64,000 nucleotides of DNA from positions 479,557-543,556 of the forward strand of contig MFAS01000001.1 in NCBI GenBank assembly GCA_001774685.1, given 5' to 3'. Positions 10,358-19,355 of the stretch are shown here, piece by piece. The position numbers and the translations under genes are program-made. This DNA comes from Candidatus Collierbacteria bacterium RIFOXYD2_FULL_45_13 (GTDB lineage Bacteria > Patescibacteriota > Microgenomatia > UBA1400 > MFAQ01). Under the pieces are notes generated by a model, which was not told where the DNA came from, made no database searches, and saw only the letters and a program-made list of their open reading frames with translations. The number at the start of each line of letters is the position of its first letter. The stretch's first letter is position 1.

Positions 10358-10747
10358 ATGGCCAAGAAACAACCTCAAGGAAACATTTTAATCACCTTAA
10401 TCGTTTTTATGTTGATATCTTCAATCGTTGTTTCTTCTGCTGTGGCGATCATAATTACGAACTCTACCGCAGCTTCAAAAGTCGAGCAGGGGCAGATGGC
10501 TTACGAGGCGGCCGAAAGCGGTCTTGAAGAGGCCATCATTCAGTTACTTCGTAATCCGGATTTTTCAGGCACGGTCAGCCATGTTTCTACCGGACTTTCC
10601 GAATTTTCCTATACCATTGGACCTATTTATCCGAAGACCATCGATTCATACGGCTCGTATCACCAATTCACCAGACATTTAAACACCACCGCCACGTATA
10701 ATCTTCAGGGTAGTTTAATAATTGGTAGGTGGCAGGAAATCTACTAA
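10358..10747 (+). CDS. PilX/GspK-like minor pilin
   Basis: G|NILITLIV (no Glu5) and AYEAAESGLEEA, typical of the PilX N-terminus; ends WQEIY. Confidence 0.75.
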   Translation: MAKKQPQGNILITLIVFMLISSIVVSSAVAIIITNSTAASKVEQGQMAYEAAESGLEEAIIQLLRNPDFSGTVSHVSTGLSEFSYTIGPIYPKTIDSYGSYHQFTRHLNTTATYNLQGSLIIGRWQEIY

Positions 10748-10752
10748 TCTAT

Positions 10753-11775
10753 ATGAAAAACACCAATCAAAAATCCTTTCTATATCTGGACTCCGGCCAT
10801 CTTTATTTTGTTTATCCGGGCTTGGAAAAACCAATCAAGTTCAATTATCCCCCCAAAGCAATCTCTGATTTGGAAATCAATGACCGATCTTTGTTGGTTA
10901 ACGGTTTGGATGCCTCACTTTTTTCCCAGAAAGTTACTCCTGGACCCCTAATTATTATTTTGTCCAAAAACATCACTTTTCAAAAAAAGATGGAGATCGG
11001 TACCCAAGAAGAAACAAAACAAGAATTTTTGGAAAGTATCCCTTTTGAGAACGTGAGTATCAAGCACTACAATGCTCACAATGGCGGGCCTCTCCTCGTC
11101 ACCAATAAGGATTTTTTTCAGGAGTTCCAAACTATTTTTTCGGCGCGTGGATTTTCGATTGAGGCGATCATTCCTGAAGCTGTTTTGACCTCCAGTACCA
11201 ATAGTTTTAACCCAAAGCAAATAAATTCATATGCGACGCTACATCTCACAGCATCGCTAGTTCACAGTCTCAGTCTCATCGGTGTCTATAACCGCTATGA
11301 GCCCAGAATCCAAAGGATAGCCCGCAAACAATTTGCTCTCAACAAAAACTTGCGAACCTTGATCATCGTCTTCATCTTTGCTCTCCTGATTCTGGCCGGC
11401 TCCTTCGCCTATTCCCGGATTAAATATTCCCGTCCAATTCCGGAAGTATCCCGTCCTGTCGTGGTCACCCCGGTCAAAATGGTCACGGACGATCCGCTCT
11501 TAGTGAACATCCGGATCTATTATTTTGGTAAAAACGAAAAACAGGCGAGAACACTCCAAAGCAATCTTTGGGCCGCTGGTTTCAAAAATACGGACTTGGT
11601 TGCTTCCTCCTCCGCGATTATTAAATCCAATCTTTTCGTTTCTTCGCAATTATCGACCAATATAACTCAACAAATTCGTCTGGAATTGGATAAGGTGGAT
11701 CGCAATTATAGCTTGATGCAAACGTCCAATTCAGTGTCGGAATCGAGCATCTTCTTATCCTCACCTGCCAAGTGA
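10753..11775 (+). CDS. Pilus-associated bitopic protein (PilM/GspL-like cytoplasmic domain, TM, possible LytR-C-like extracellular domain)
   Basis: Position in operon; FLESIPFE resembles the PilM/GspL 'IPF' segment; single TM; C-terminal ARTLQSNLWAAGF. Start moved to ATG 10753. Confidence 0.5.
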   Translation: MKNTNQKSFLYLDSGHLYFVYPGLEKPIKFNYPPKAISDLEINDRSLLVNGLDASLFSQKVTPGPLIIILSKNITFQKKMEIGTQEETKQEFLESIPFENVSIKHYNAHNGGPLLVTNKDFFQEFQTIFSARGFSIEAIIPEAVLTSSTNSFNPKQINSYATLHLTASLVHSLSLIGVYNRYEPRIQRIARKQFALNKNLRTLIIVFIFALLILAGSFAYSRIKYSRPIPEVSRPVVVTPVKMVTDDPLLVNIRIYYFGKNEKQARTLQSNLWAAGFKNTDLVASSSAIIKSNLFVSSQLSTNITQQIRLELDKVDRNYSLMQTSNSVSESSIFLSSPAK

Positions 11776-11805
11776 TTGACAAGCCTGTATAAAAGTGCTT
11801 AAATA
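11776..11805 (+). promoter_or_regulatory. Possible promoter for the major pilin
   Basis: Perfect TTGACA at 11776-11781; AT-rich TTAAATA 17-18 nt downstream (weak -10). Confidence 0.4.
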
Positions 11806-11835
11806 TGCGCAATTAATAAAAATTAGTACAAGTCT

Positions 11836-12306
11836 ATGGCTAAAACCAAACAAAATCAAAAAGGTTTTACTCTTATCGAGCTCTTAGTCGTCATGGGAAT
11901 CCTCGCCGTCCTGTTAGCCGCCGTTCTTATCGCCATCAACCCTGATCGTCAGTTCAAGCAGGCTAGAGACAGTCAACGCCGCAGTGATGTCTTGACCATC
12001 CTCAACGCCGTCCAGCAAAACATTGCAGACAACAAGGGTACCTTCTCAGGTGCCGCATTGGGAGCAGTCAAAACTATTGCCAAATCAACTCCACCCGCTG
12101 CAGGTGAGATTGATATTTGTGGCGCGATCTCTCCCGTCTACACCTCAATGCTGCCTTCAGATCCAAACTCCAGCAATCCTAATGGTGTTGTCGACTGTAC
12201 TGCCGACTACAATACCGAATACACCATTTCCCAAACCGGTGGCCGCATTACCGTTGCCGCCTCCGCTGAGACAGCAGGAGTCGATCCCATCTCGGTCACT
12301 CGATAA
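11836..12306 (+). CDS. pilA: Type IV major pilin
   Basis: QKG|FTLIELLVVMGILAVL, AINP..Q..QARDSQRRSD, LPSDP, Cys pair; own putative promoter and terminator. Confidence 0.85.
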   Translation: MAKTKQNQKGFTLIELLVVMGILAVLLAAVLIAINPDRQFKQARDSQRRSDVLTILNAVQQNIADNKGTFSGAALGAVKTIAKSTPPAAGEIDICGAISPVYTSMLPSDPNSSNPNGVVDCTADYNTEYTISQTGGRITVAASAETAGVDPISVTR

Positions 12307-12328
12307 AGTTATCAAAGCTTAACTTTTA

Positions 12329-12358
12329 AAAATACTCCGCCGAAAGGCGGAGTATTTT
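12329..12358 (+). terminator. Intrinsic terminator, possibly bidirectional
   Basis: Perfect hairpin AAAATACTCCGCC-GAAA-GGCGGAGTATTTT after the pilin stop. Confidence 0.88.
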
Positions 12359-12386
12359 GTGGATAATCTTGGCTATAATTTGCAGT

Positions 12387-12689
12387 ATGATCAGTCTCAA
12401 AAAACTCCAAAAACAAATCTACGCCAATAAAATTAAAAAGGGTTTCAATACCACCGATATTTACAAAGAGTTTTGTTTGATTCACGAAGAGGTTACCGAA
12501 GCCTGCCGTGCCCACTATCGAAAAGAATATTCCGTCGGCGAAGAGCTGGCCGATGTTGCTATATACCTTCTTGGCTTGTCGGAGATTCTCAATATCAATC
12601 TGGAGAAAGAGATCAAAAGAAAGGTTCTGAAAAATCATAAACGCGTATACAAACGAATTGGTGGCGTTTTAACCAAAACACGGGCATAA
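12387..12689 (+). CDS. MazG-like nucleotide pyrophosphohydrolase
   Basis: EEVTE...GEELADVAIYL motif; ATG 12387 lies 7 nt after TATAAT. Confidence 0.85.
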   Translation: MISLKKLQKQIYANKIKKGFNTTDIYKEFCLIHEEVTEACRAHYRKEYSVGEELADVAIYLLGLSEILNINLEKEIKRKVLKNHKRVYKRIGGVLTKTRA

Positions 12690-12730
12690 CTATATTCAAA
12701 GAAATCATCCTGTGACATAATGGTTTTGTT

Positions 12731-13621
12731 ATGGCACATCCTGCCCTCACCCTGTTCTTTCCTCATCCACACAACAATCACAAGGCTAAGGTCCTCTGGC
12801 CAAAGTCCATTGTCATCTTGATCGGGCTCTTTATCATGGGCCGCTCCATTGTGGACATTACCATCGGACTTCTTCCTGGCGTTCTCGGTTATGCTTCTCA
12901 AATCGACCCCGCCAAAGTAATTGAGCTAACAAACAACGAGCGTCTCAACGCCGGGCTAACTATCGTCAAACAAAATCAGGAACTAAATCAAGCCGCTCTG
13001 GCCAAGGCTTCCGATATGTTTGCTCACAACTACTGGGCCCACGTATCTCCCGCCGGTACCGAGCCTTGGTCCTTTGTCATTTCTTCCGGTTACAAATATC
13101 AGCATGCGGGAGAAAACCTTGCTCGGGACTTTGGCAATCCTTCCGATATTGTCAAAGCTTGGATGGCCTCTCCAACCCATCGCCAAAACCTACTGGACAA
13201 TCGTTACAAAGATATTGGGGTTGCCGTCATGGATGGTTATCTCAACGGGGTCGAGACTACTATCGTTGTCCAAATGTTTGGCACACCCCAAACTTCGGTC
13301 TCCAATATTGCTTCGGATCGTGTCGAGGTCAAGCCGGCTCTAGCGGTCGAAAAGGCGGTCCTACCTGCCCAAAACACGGAAGTGGTTCCCCTGCCGTCTC
13401 CTACCAAGCTGATTCCTTCTTCCGGTTTATCTCCTTTGGATCTAAAGCGGTCATGGTCCTTGGCCTTTGCCATCATTGTTCTCTTTGCCCTTAGTTTGGA
13501 CTGGATCTTTGTCCTTAGGTACAATATCATCCGTATCTCAGGAGATACCTGGGCCCACCTAACCTACTTCTTAGGTATGGCTGCCATTTTGATTATCATT
13601 AGACAAGGCATCATACTATGA
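12731..13621 (+). CDS. CAP/SCP-domain membrane-anchored protein
   Basis: TNNER, KASDM..YWAHVSP, AGENLA, WMASPTHRQNLL, IGVAV; C-terminal TMs. Confidence 0.9.
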   Translation: MAHPALTLFFPHPHNNHKAKVLWPKSIVILIGLFIMGRSIVDITIGLLPGVLGYASQIDPAKVIELTNNERLNAGLTIVKQNQELNQAALAKASDMFAHNYWAHVSPAGTEPWSFVISSGYKYQHAGENLARDFGNPSDIVKAWMASPTHRQNLLDNRYKDIGVAVMDGYLNGVETTIVVQMFGTPQTSVSNIASDRVEVKPALAVEKAVLPAQNTEVVPLPSPTKLIPSSGLSPLDLKRSWSLAFAIIVLFALSLDWIFVLRYNIIRISGDTWAHLTYFLGMAAILIIIRQGIIL

Positions 13622-13869
13622 AAAAGCCTATAGGAAAAATAGTTGACTATTTGATTCTCAGTTTACTAGTCTCGACCGCTATTCTTTTGACCCTTATTTT
13701 CAATGGAAACCGTACATACCAGCTAATAACTATCATTGGTGTATCTCTTATATATATCATATGGGGCATCACTCACCACTTCAAAGAGCACACCTTTTAC
13801 CCGCAAATCATCCTCGAATACCTCCTGTTTGCACTTCTCGGGTGTGTCATTGTTATAGGACTATTATAG
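13618..13869 (+). CDS. Small three-TM membrane protein
   Basis: Hydrophobic 83-aa ORF coupled to the CAP gene (ATGA overlap). Confidence 0.65.
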   Translation: MKKPIGKIVDYLILSLLVSTAILLTLIFNGNRTYQLITIIGVSLIYIIWGITHHFKEHTFYPQIILEYLLFALLGCVIVIGLL

Positions 13870-13906
13870 TGAAAAAAGTTGCGCTGTATCGTATAATATA
13901 CCCTGT

Positions 13907-14989
13907 ATGAAAGCTATTATTCCCACAGGAGGAATGGGTACCAGGATGAGACCCTTAACGTTTACTGCTAACAAGCATCTTATTCCTGTGGCCAATAAAC
14001 CCTTAATTCTTTACCCCGTAGAAACAATAGCCGCTACCGGAATCAAAGAGATTGCCCTCACCTATAATCCAGGTCAATTGGATATTATCCAAAACTTTCT
14101 GGGCGATGGTTCAAAGTGGGGAGTCAAATTTACTTACATTCTTCAAGAAAATCCCCGGGGTGGACTAGCAAATATTTTTCAAGTTTGCGAAAAGTTCATC
14201 GATGGAGATTCCTTTGTCATGCATCTTGGAGATAATGTTTTTACCGGTGGTATCAAAAATCTCGCCGATCATTTTAGAAAGCACAAACCGAAGGGTTTAG
14301 TCGGGTTGGTTCATCACCCGGAGAACGTGCGTTTGGGAGTCCCGTATTTTGATGAAAACGGTAAGCTTGTCAAATATGTCGAGAAGCCTGAGAACCCGCC
14401 TCACGACTTTGCCGTTCCCGGTGTCTATTTCTTTGACCCTATTATCTTTAATTGTTTCAAAGGTAAGGAAAAGATCACTCCCTCACCCAGAGGAGAACTG
14501 GAGATTTCTTCCGCTTACCAATGGCTCATCGACCACAAGTATGACGTGGATACTCTGGAAATAGAGGGCGCCTGGTTGGATCCGGGTAAAGTCCAAGACT
14601 GGCTTGAAGCCAACTTCTACTTACTCGACTTAAACACCAAGACCAAGATCGATTCCGAGTTCGACAAGACGGTTAAGGTTACCGGTCGTGTTACTGTTGG
14701 CAAAAACTGTGTCATCACCAACTCGCATCTCAAGGGACCTCTTAATATCGGTGACAATGTCAATATCACCAATAGTACGGTTGGTCCTTTTACCTCCGTC
14801 TACAACAACTGTGTCATTATCGATAGTACAGTGACCGAATCGGTACTCATGGAATCGGTAGTCATTGATAAGGTTCGCAAGAACATCGAGAACAGTATCA
14901 TTGGCCCCAACTCCAACATTTCTCAAAGCAATCACTCAGAGCACTATTCGGAATTACTAGTCGGTGAACTTAGCAAAATCTCACTTTAA
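13907..14989 (+). CDS. rmlA: Glucose-1-phosphate thymidylyltransferase, long form
   Basis: GGMGTRMRPLT..NKHLIPVANKP, LGDN, VEKP, RGELEI, WLDPG; C-terminal hexapeptide repeats. Confidence 0.93.
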   Translation: MKAIIPTGGMGTRMRPLTFTANKHLIPVANKPLILYPVETIAATGIKEIALTYNPGQLDIIQNFLGDGSKWGVKFTYILQENPRGGLANIFQVCEKFIDGDSFVMHLGDNVFTGGIKNLADHFRKHKPKGLVGLVHHPENVRLGVPYFDENGKLVKYVEKPENPPHDFAVPGVYFFDPIIFNCFKGKEKITPSPRGELEISSAYQWLIDHKYDVDTLEIEGAWLDPGKVQDWLEANFYLLDLNTKTKIDSEFDKTVKVTGRVTVGKNCVITNSHLKGPLNIGDNVNITNSTVGPFTSVYNNCVIIDSTVTESVLMESVVIDKVRKNIENSIIGPNSNISQSNHSEHYSELLVGELSKISL

Positions 14990-14992
14990 TCT

Positions 14993-15988
14993 ATGAAATT
15001 ATTAATTACCGGCGGAGCAGGTTTCATCGGCAGTAACTTCATCCATTATTGGTTGAAGAAGCATGCCGGAGATCAGATTATCAATCTAGATAGTCTTACC
15101 TATGCCGGGCATCTGGAGTCACTCAAAGATGTGTCCCATCGTCATCATTACACCTTCGTTAAAGGAGACATCAACAACAGCGAGTTGGTTGATTCTTTAA
15201 TGTCTCAAGTCGACATTGTCGTTCACTTTGCAGCTGAGACCCATGTGGATCGTTCCATTACGGACCCCATGATCTTCACCAGGACCAACGTCATCGGTAC
15301 CCAAACCCTCCTGGAAGCCGCCAAAAAGTACGGCACCAGATTTCACCACATTTCCACCGATGAGGTTTTTGGTGCCCTCAAGCTAGAGTCCAAAAACAAA
15401 TTCAATACCAAAACCAGATATCAGCCAAACTCGCCCTACTCTGCTTCTAAGGCCGCCTCGGACCATCTCGTCATGTCCTACCACACTACTTTTGGTGTGC
15501 CGGTCACCATCACCAACTGTAGCAACAACTTTGGACCTTATCAGGATACCGAAAAATTCATTCCCAGAACGATCACCAACCTCTTGGAGGGGAAAAATAT
15601 TTTGATTTATGGTGACGGCAAATATGTCCGTGATTGGATGCACGTCGAAGATCACTGCCGTGCCATCGAGCTGGTACTTCTCAAAGGTAAAGTTGGCGCA
15701 TCTTACACCGTGGGCGGTATGAATAAGGATGTCAGCAATTTAGAAGTATCCAAGAAAATTCTCAAAATTATGAAACTCCCGGAAAGCCGTATCGACTATA
15801 TTAAAGATCGTCCCGGTCACGATCGACGCTACGCCGTCAGTTGGAAGAAAATCAACAAAGAACTTGGTTGGGAGCCGAAAGAAAAGTTCTCCAAACGTCT
15901 CAAGCAAACCATTGACTGGTATCGAGCCAATGAGTGGTGGTGGAAAGACATGAAAGTAAAATCAGAAGACTTTTATAAAACTAAATAA
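14993..15988 (+). CDS. rmlB: dTDP-glucose 4,6-dehydratase
   Basis: GGAGFIG, FAAETHVDRS, STDEV, YSASK, DRPGHDRRY. Confidence 0.97.
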   Translation: MKLLITGGAGFIGSNFIHYWLKKHAGDQIINLDSLTYAGHLESLKDVSHRHHYTFVKGDINNSELVDSLMSQVDIVVHFAAETHVDRSITDPMIFTRTNVIGTQTLLEAAKKYGTRFHHISTDEVFGALKLESKNKFNTKTRYQPNSPYSASKAASDHLVMSYHTTFGVPVTITNCSNNFGPYQDTEKFIPRTITNLLEGKNILIYGDGKYVRDWMHVEDHCRAIELVLLKGKVGASYTVGGMNKDVSNLEVSKKILKIMKLPESRIDYIKDRPGHDRRYAVSWKKINKELGWEPKEKFSKRLKQTIDWYRANEWWWKDMKVKSEDFYKTK

Positions 15989-15991
15989 AAA

Positions 15992-16555
15992 ATGGGATTC
16001 AAAAAGATTAGCCACAAAAATATTGCCCTACCCAAAAAGACTAAACTCTACCGTCAAACGTATGAGAAGGTCGAAGGTATCCAAAATGTTCATATTTTGA
16101 AGGCCAATACTTTTGCCGACGATTATGGTGGCTGGTTCAAAGAAACCCTCCGCCTCGACGGCCAAGGTTTCAATGTCGCCCTCAAAGAACTGGGTGTCAG
16201 TTTCCGTATGATTCAGGCGAACACCTCTTTCTTAGCACCCAAAACCAAGCGTTTTTGGCACATTCACCCGACTCAAAACGAAATCTGGACAACCAACGGC
16301 ACCATCCTTTTGGGACTAATAGATTACCGGCCGGAGTCTGTTTCCTACCAGACAAAAATGAAGGTAGTCTTATCTGCGGACAAGTGTATCTATATCCCAG
16401 CCGGTGTTGCTCATGGCTTCATGAATCCTACTCAGGATTTTGTCACCATCAACTACTTTACTGATCAGTTTTTTGTTGCCAACGAAAATACCCAGGAGTG
16501 CCGGATCGATCCCGAGACCGTCCCCTTCGATTTCGTCAAACCTGAGTTAATGTAA
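15992..16555 (+). CDS. rmlC: dTDP-4-dehydrorhamnose 3,5-epimerase (divergent cupin)
   Basis: DDYGGWFKE, RFWHIH, YIPAGVAHGF; between rmlB and rmlD. Confidence 0.82.
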   Translation: MGFKKISHKNIALPKKTKLYRQTYEKVEGIQNVHILKANTFADDYGGWFKETLRLDGQGFNVALKELGVSFRMIQANTSFLAPKTKRFWHIHPTQNEIWTTNGTILLGLIDYRPESVSYQTKMKVVLSADKCIYIPAGVAHGFMNPTQDFVTINYFTDQFFVANENTQECRIDPETVPFDFVKPELM

Positions 16556-16560
16556 TCACT

Positions 16561-17472
16561 ATGTCCAAAACAAAAGTTCTCGTCACCGGAGCTTCAGGAT
16601 TGGTTGGCTCCCGCTTCCTGGAACTGGCTCAAGTTTTTGATTTTGTCGCCCCGGATCTGCCAGAGTTCGATCTTGCAGATGCCGAAGCGGTCAGGGTGCT
16701 AGTTGAAAAAGAAAATCCGGACTGGATTATCAACTTTGCCGCCTTTACTGATGTCAATGCCGCCGAGCAGCAAGCCGGGGATGAGAACGGACCGGCATGG
16801 AGAATAAACGTTACCGGAGTCGAAAACCTTCTCAAGGCCTTCAAATCGAAAAACTTTCTTCAGATTTCGACAGATATGGTTTTCTCTGGTGATCTGGACC
16901 AGCCCGGACCATACGACGAAACCCAAATCCCTCCGGATTCAAACGAGAAGCTTACCTGGTATGGCTGGACCAAGAATCGAGCCGAAAAGATAGTCAAAGA
17001 AAGAAATGGTTCGGTACTAAGGATCATCTATCCCGTCAGAACCGGGCATGATAAAAAACCGGACTATATCCGAGGTGCTCTCAAAAAATATGCTGACGGC
17101 AAAATGTATCCTCTCTTTATGGATCAGCAGATATGCATCGCCTTTATCGACGAAATTTCGGAAACCATTCAAAAAATCATCGAAACGGAATCAAATGGAA
17201 CCTTCCATTGTTCTTCCGACACCACCACTCCATACGAATTGATTACCTATGTCATCGACCAGTTGGGCGCCGATCCATCGGTTATCAAGTCTGCCTCTGT
17301 GTTGGAGTTCCTGAAGACTCAGACGAATCCCAATCGATACCCCGTCTGGGGAGGTCTCAAGACCAACATTACCGAAGAGCAACTCGACCTTCACCATTCA
17401 ACTTGGCAAACTATTGTCGAGCATTTAATCGGTCAGGGCCTAAGTCTGCCGGAAGCTACGCCTCAGTCATAA
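16561..17472 (+). CDS. rmlD: dTDP-4-dehydrorhamnose reductase
   Basis: TGASGLVG, AAFTDVNAAE, ISTDMVF, YGWTK (YxxxK). Confidence 0.88.
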   Translation: MSKTKVLVTGASGLVGSRFLELAQVFDFVAPDLPEFDLADAEAVRVLVEKENPDWIINFAAFTDVNAAEQQAGDENGPAWRINVTGVENLLKAFKSKNFLQISTDMVFSGDLDQPGPYDETQIPPDSNEKLTWYGWTKNRAEKIVKERNGSVLRIIYPVRTGHDKKPDYIRGALKKYADGKMYPLFMDQQICIAFIDEISETIQKIIETESNGTFHCSSDTTTPYELITYVIDQLGADPSVIKSASVLEFLKTQTNPNRYPVWGGLKTNITEEQLDLHHSTWQTIVEHLIGQGLSLPEATPQS

Positions 17473-17491
17473 TCAGGTATACTATTATCAG

Positions 17492-18262
17492 ATGAGATTC
17501 CTTTACGTCATTTGTCTATCATTTATCGTCTTATTTTTTGCACCTTCTGTCCTCGCGGACGCCAAATCGGACTACGACTACCAGTACGGTCAATACCGCA
17601 CTGGGTACTCCGAGTTTGTTGTTCTCAAGCAGGACTATCTCAATACTCCCAGTTTGGACAATCAGCAAAAAGCCATGCTTTCTGCCAAGCAAACTATCCT
17701 AGCGAGAGATCTGGCCAAAGCCTCACTCCATTGGTACCTCATGGATCTCATTGCCGGCTACCAGGTGGACTATGGTCCCATCAAGCCGATTACCACGTCA
17801 TTAAATATCGCCCGGGAATATTTTCTTGCTCAAGCTCAGAAATCTCAAAGCGTGATTACCCAAGAAGATCTCAAAAAATTCACCCAAAACTATCAGAGCA
17901 CTGTTCAGGGTAACGACAGTATCATCAAGTTCGGTATTGTAGCCAACAAAATCACAGCGCTCGTCAGAATTCAGAGGGATTCAAAAACTGCCTTAGATTC
18001 AATTATTCCCAAACTTCCCACCCCCATACCCGCCAGTTTGACTGCCCGAATTCAAGAGCTCAAAGATTCCGCTCAAATTATCGATGGAAAGATCGATCTT
18101 CTGGCAAACAATCTCAACTTGGCCGATGCGGTCGCCGAATCTGTGACCGAGATATTCTTCACCGCCAGGGTCGAGAAGCTAGTCGAAATCCGTGAATTAC
18201 AGCTTGATTGGATAAACCGTCTAATCGATATTGATATAAACTATGTCCAACCCCAAATTTGA
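17492..18262 (+). CDS. Secreted alpha-helical hypothetical protein
   Basis: Signal peptide, coiled-coil-like body; TATACT 8 nt upstream. Confidence 0.7.
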   Translation: MRFLYVICLSFIVLFFAPSVLADAKSDYDYQYGQYRTGYSEFVVLKQDYLNTPSLDNQQKAMLSAKQTILARDLAKASLHWYLMDLIAGYQVDYGPIKPITTSLNIAREYFLAQAQKSQSVITQEDLKKFTQNYQSTVQGNDSIIKFGIVANKITALVRIQRDSKTALDSIIPKLPTPIPASLTARIQELKDSAQIIDGKIDLLANNLNLADAVAESVTEIFFTARVEKLVEIRELQLDWINRLIDIDINYVQPQI

Positions 18263-18608
18263 GATCACCAACCCGGAAGCCATCAAGCTTCTAAATGACA
18301 TCAAGAGTGGTGCGGCTTTCGCACCGGTGAAGGCTTGGTTGGTTCGTTATAAATGGTTTTGGATTAGTGGGCTGATGGTTATTGTTCTTTTGATCTTTTT
18401 ATCTATCGGAAAAGCCATTTCTCGGAACAGACGCCCCCCCGTTTTCTTACCGCCGGATATCGGGACCCCGGTTCCCACCACCGGGAAAACAGTCAAGTCC
18501 GATTACGAGTGGATTCGTCAAAATATACAGAACTTTAGTACCGATCTCCCCGATCCGGTGATTCCGCCATTCGACAACTCAATTGATCTTGAAAGTGTTA
18601 ATATATAA
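18243..18608 (+). CDS. Single-TM hypothetical protein with Pro/Thr-rich extracellular part
   Basis: TM helix followed by PPVFLPPDIGTPVPTT. Confidence 0.6.
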   Translation: MSNPKFEITNPEAIKLLNDIKSGAAFAPVKAWLVRYKWFWISGLMVIVLLIFLSIGKAISRNRRPPVFLPPDIGTPVPTTGKTVKSDYEWIRQNIQNFSTDLPDPVIPPFDNSIDLESVNI

Positions 18609-18611
18609 CCT

Positions 18612-19349
18612 ATGGCAAAATCAAAGTCTCCAAAAACAATTAATAAAGTCAAAACTGAAATGGCAGAACTCAAATCCAGAACCAAAAAACCGGTGAAGGT
18701 CATTAAAAAACTACGTGTCGACTCGAATATCGTATCTCTACCTGAGATAAAAGAAGTTAAGAAACCACCGTTTGGGTTTGCTGTAAAGCTAGTCCTGATT
18801 GTCACTTTGGGTGTCGCCCTTTACTTGCTGGCTCAAAAATATCGAGGTCACTTCTTGGCCGGGACGGTGAACTCTTCACCGATTTCACGCTGGGAACTAA
18901 ATCAAAAAATGGCCGAAAAATATGGCAAACAAACCTTTGATGAAATTGTCAACCAAAGACTTCTGGATGCAGAGCTCAAAAAGGAGAAGATCGTAGTAAC
19001 CGATAAAGAGGTTTCCGATGAAACTGCCAAGATCATCGCAGAGTATGGAGGAGAGGAAGCCTTCAAAGCAGCTTTGACTCAGTATGGATTAACCGAGGAA
19101 AAGGCCAAAGACTCTATCAAGCAAAGCCTAAGTCTCAAAAAGATTATCGAAAAGAACTACAAGATTGAGGTATCCGAGGATCAAATCAAGAAATACTTTG
19201 ATGACAACAAAACCCTCTTTTCCGGCAAGAAACTCGAGGATGTTAGTGGCGACATCAAAGACACTTTATATCAGCAAGAGGTATACACCAAAACCCAAGA
19301 ATGGTTTGCCGGTATAAGGAAAGCGGCCAAGATCGTCCCTTATATCTAA
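18612..19349 (+). CDS. SurA-N/PrsA-like chaperone lacking the PPIase domain
   Basis: TM, AGTVNSSPISR, VTDKEV, YGGEEAFKAALTQYG, VSEDQIKKYFDDNK, WFAGIRKAAKI; no rotamase motif. Confidence 0.8.
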   Translation: MAKSKSPKTINKVKTEMAELKSRTKKPVKVIKKLRVDSNIVSLPEIKEVKKPPFGFAVKLVLIVTLGVALYLLAQKYRGHFLAGTVNSSPISRWELNQKMAEKYGKQTFDEIVNQRLLDAELKKEKIVVTDKEVSDETAKIIAEYGGEEAFKAALTQYGLTEEKAKDSIKQSLSLKKIIEKNYKIEVSEDQIKKYFDDNKTLFSGKKLEDVSGDIKDTLYQQEVYTKTQEWFAGIRKAAKIVPYI

Positions 19350-19355
19350 AGAGCT

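Noticed and set aside
13618-13869. Cytochrome oxidase subunit IV-like call
   Set aside because: Only size and hydrophobicity are similar; no other oxidase subunits present.
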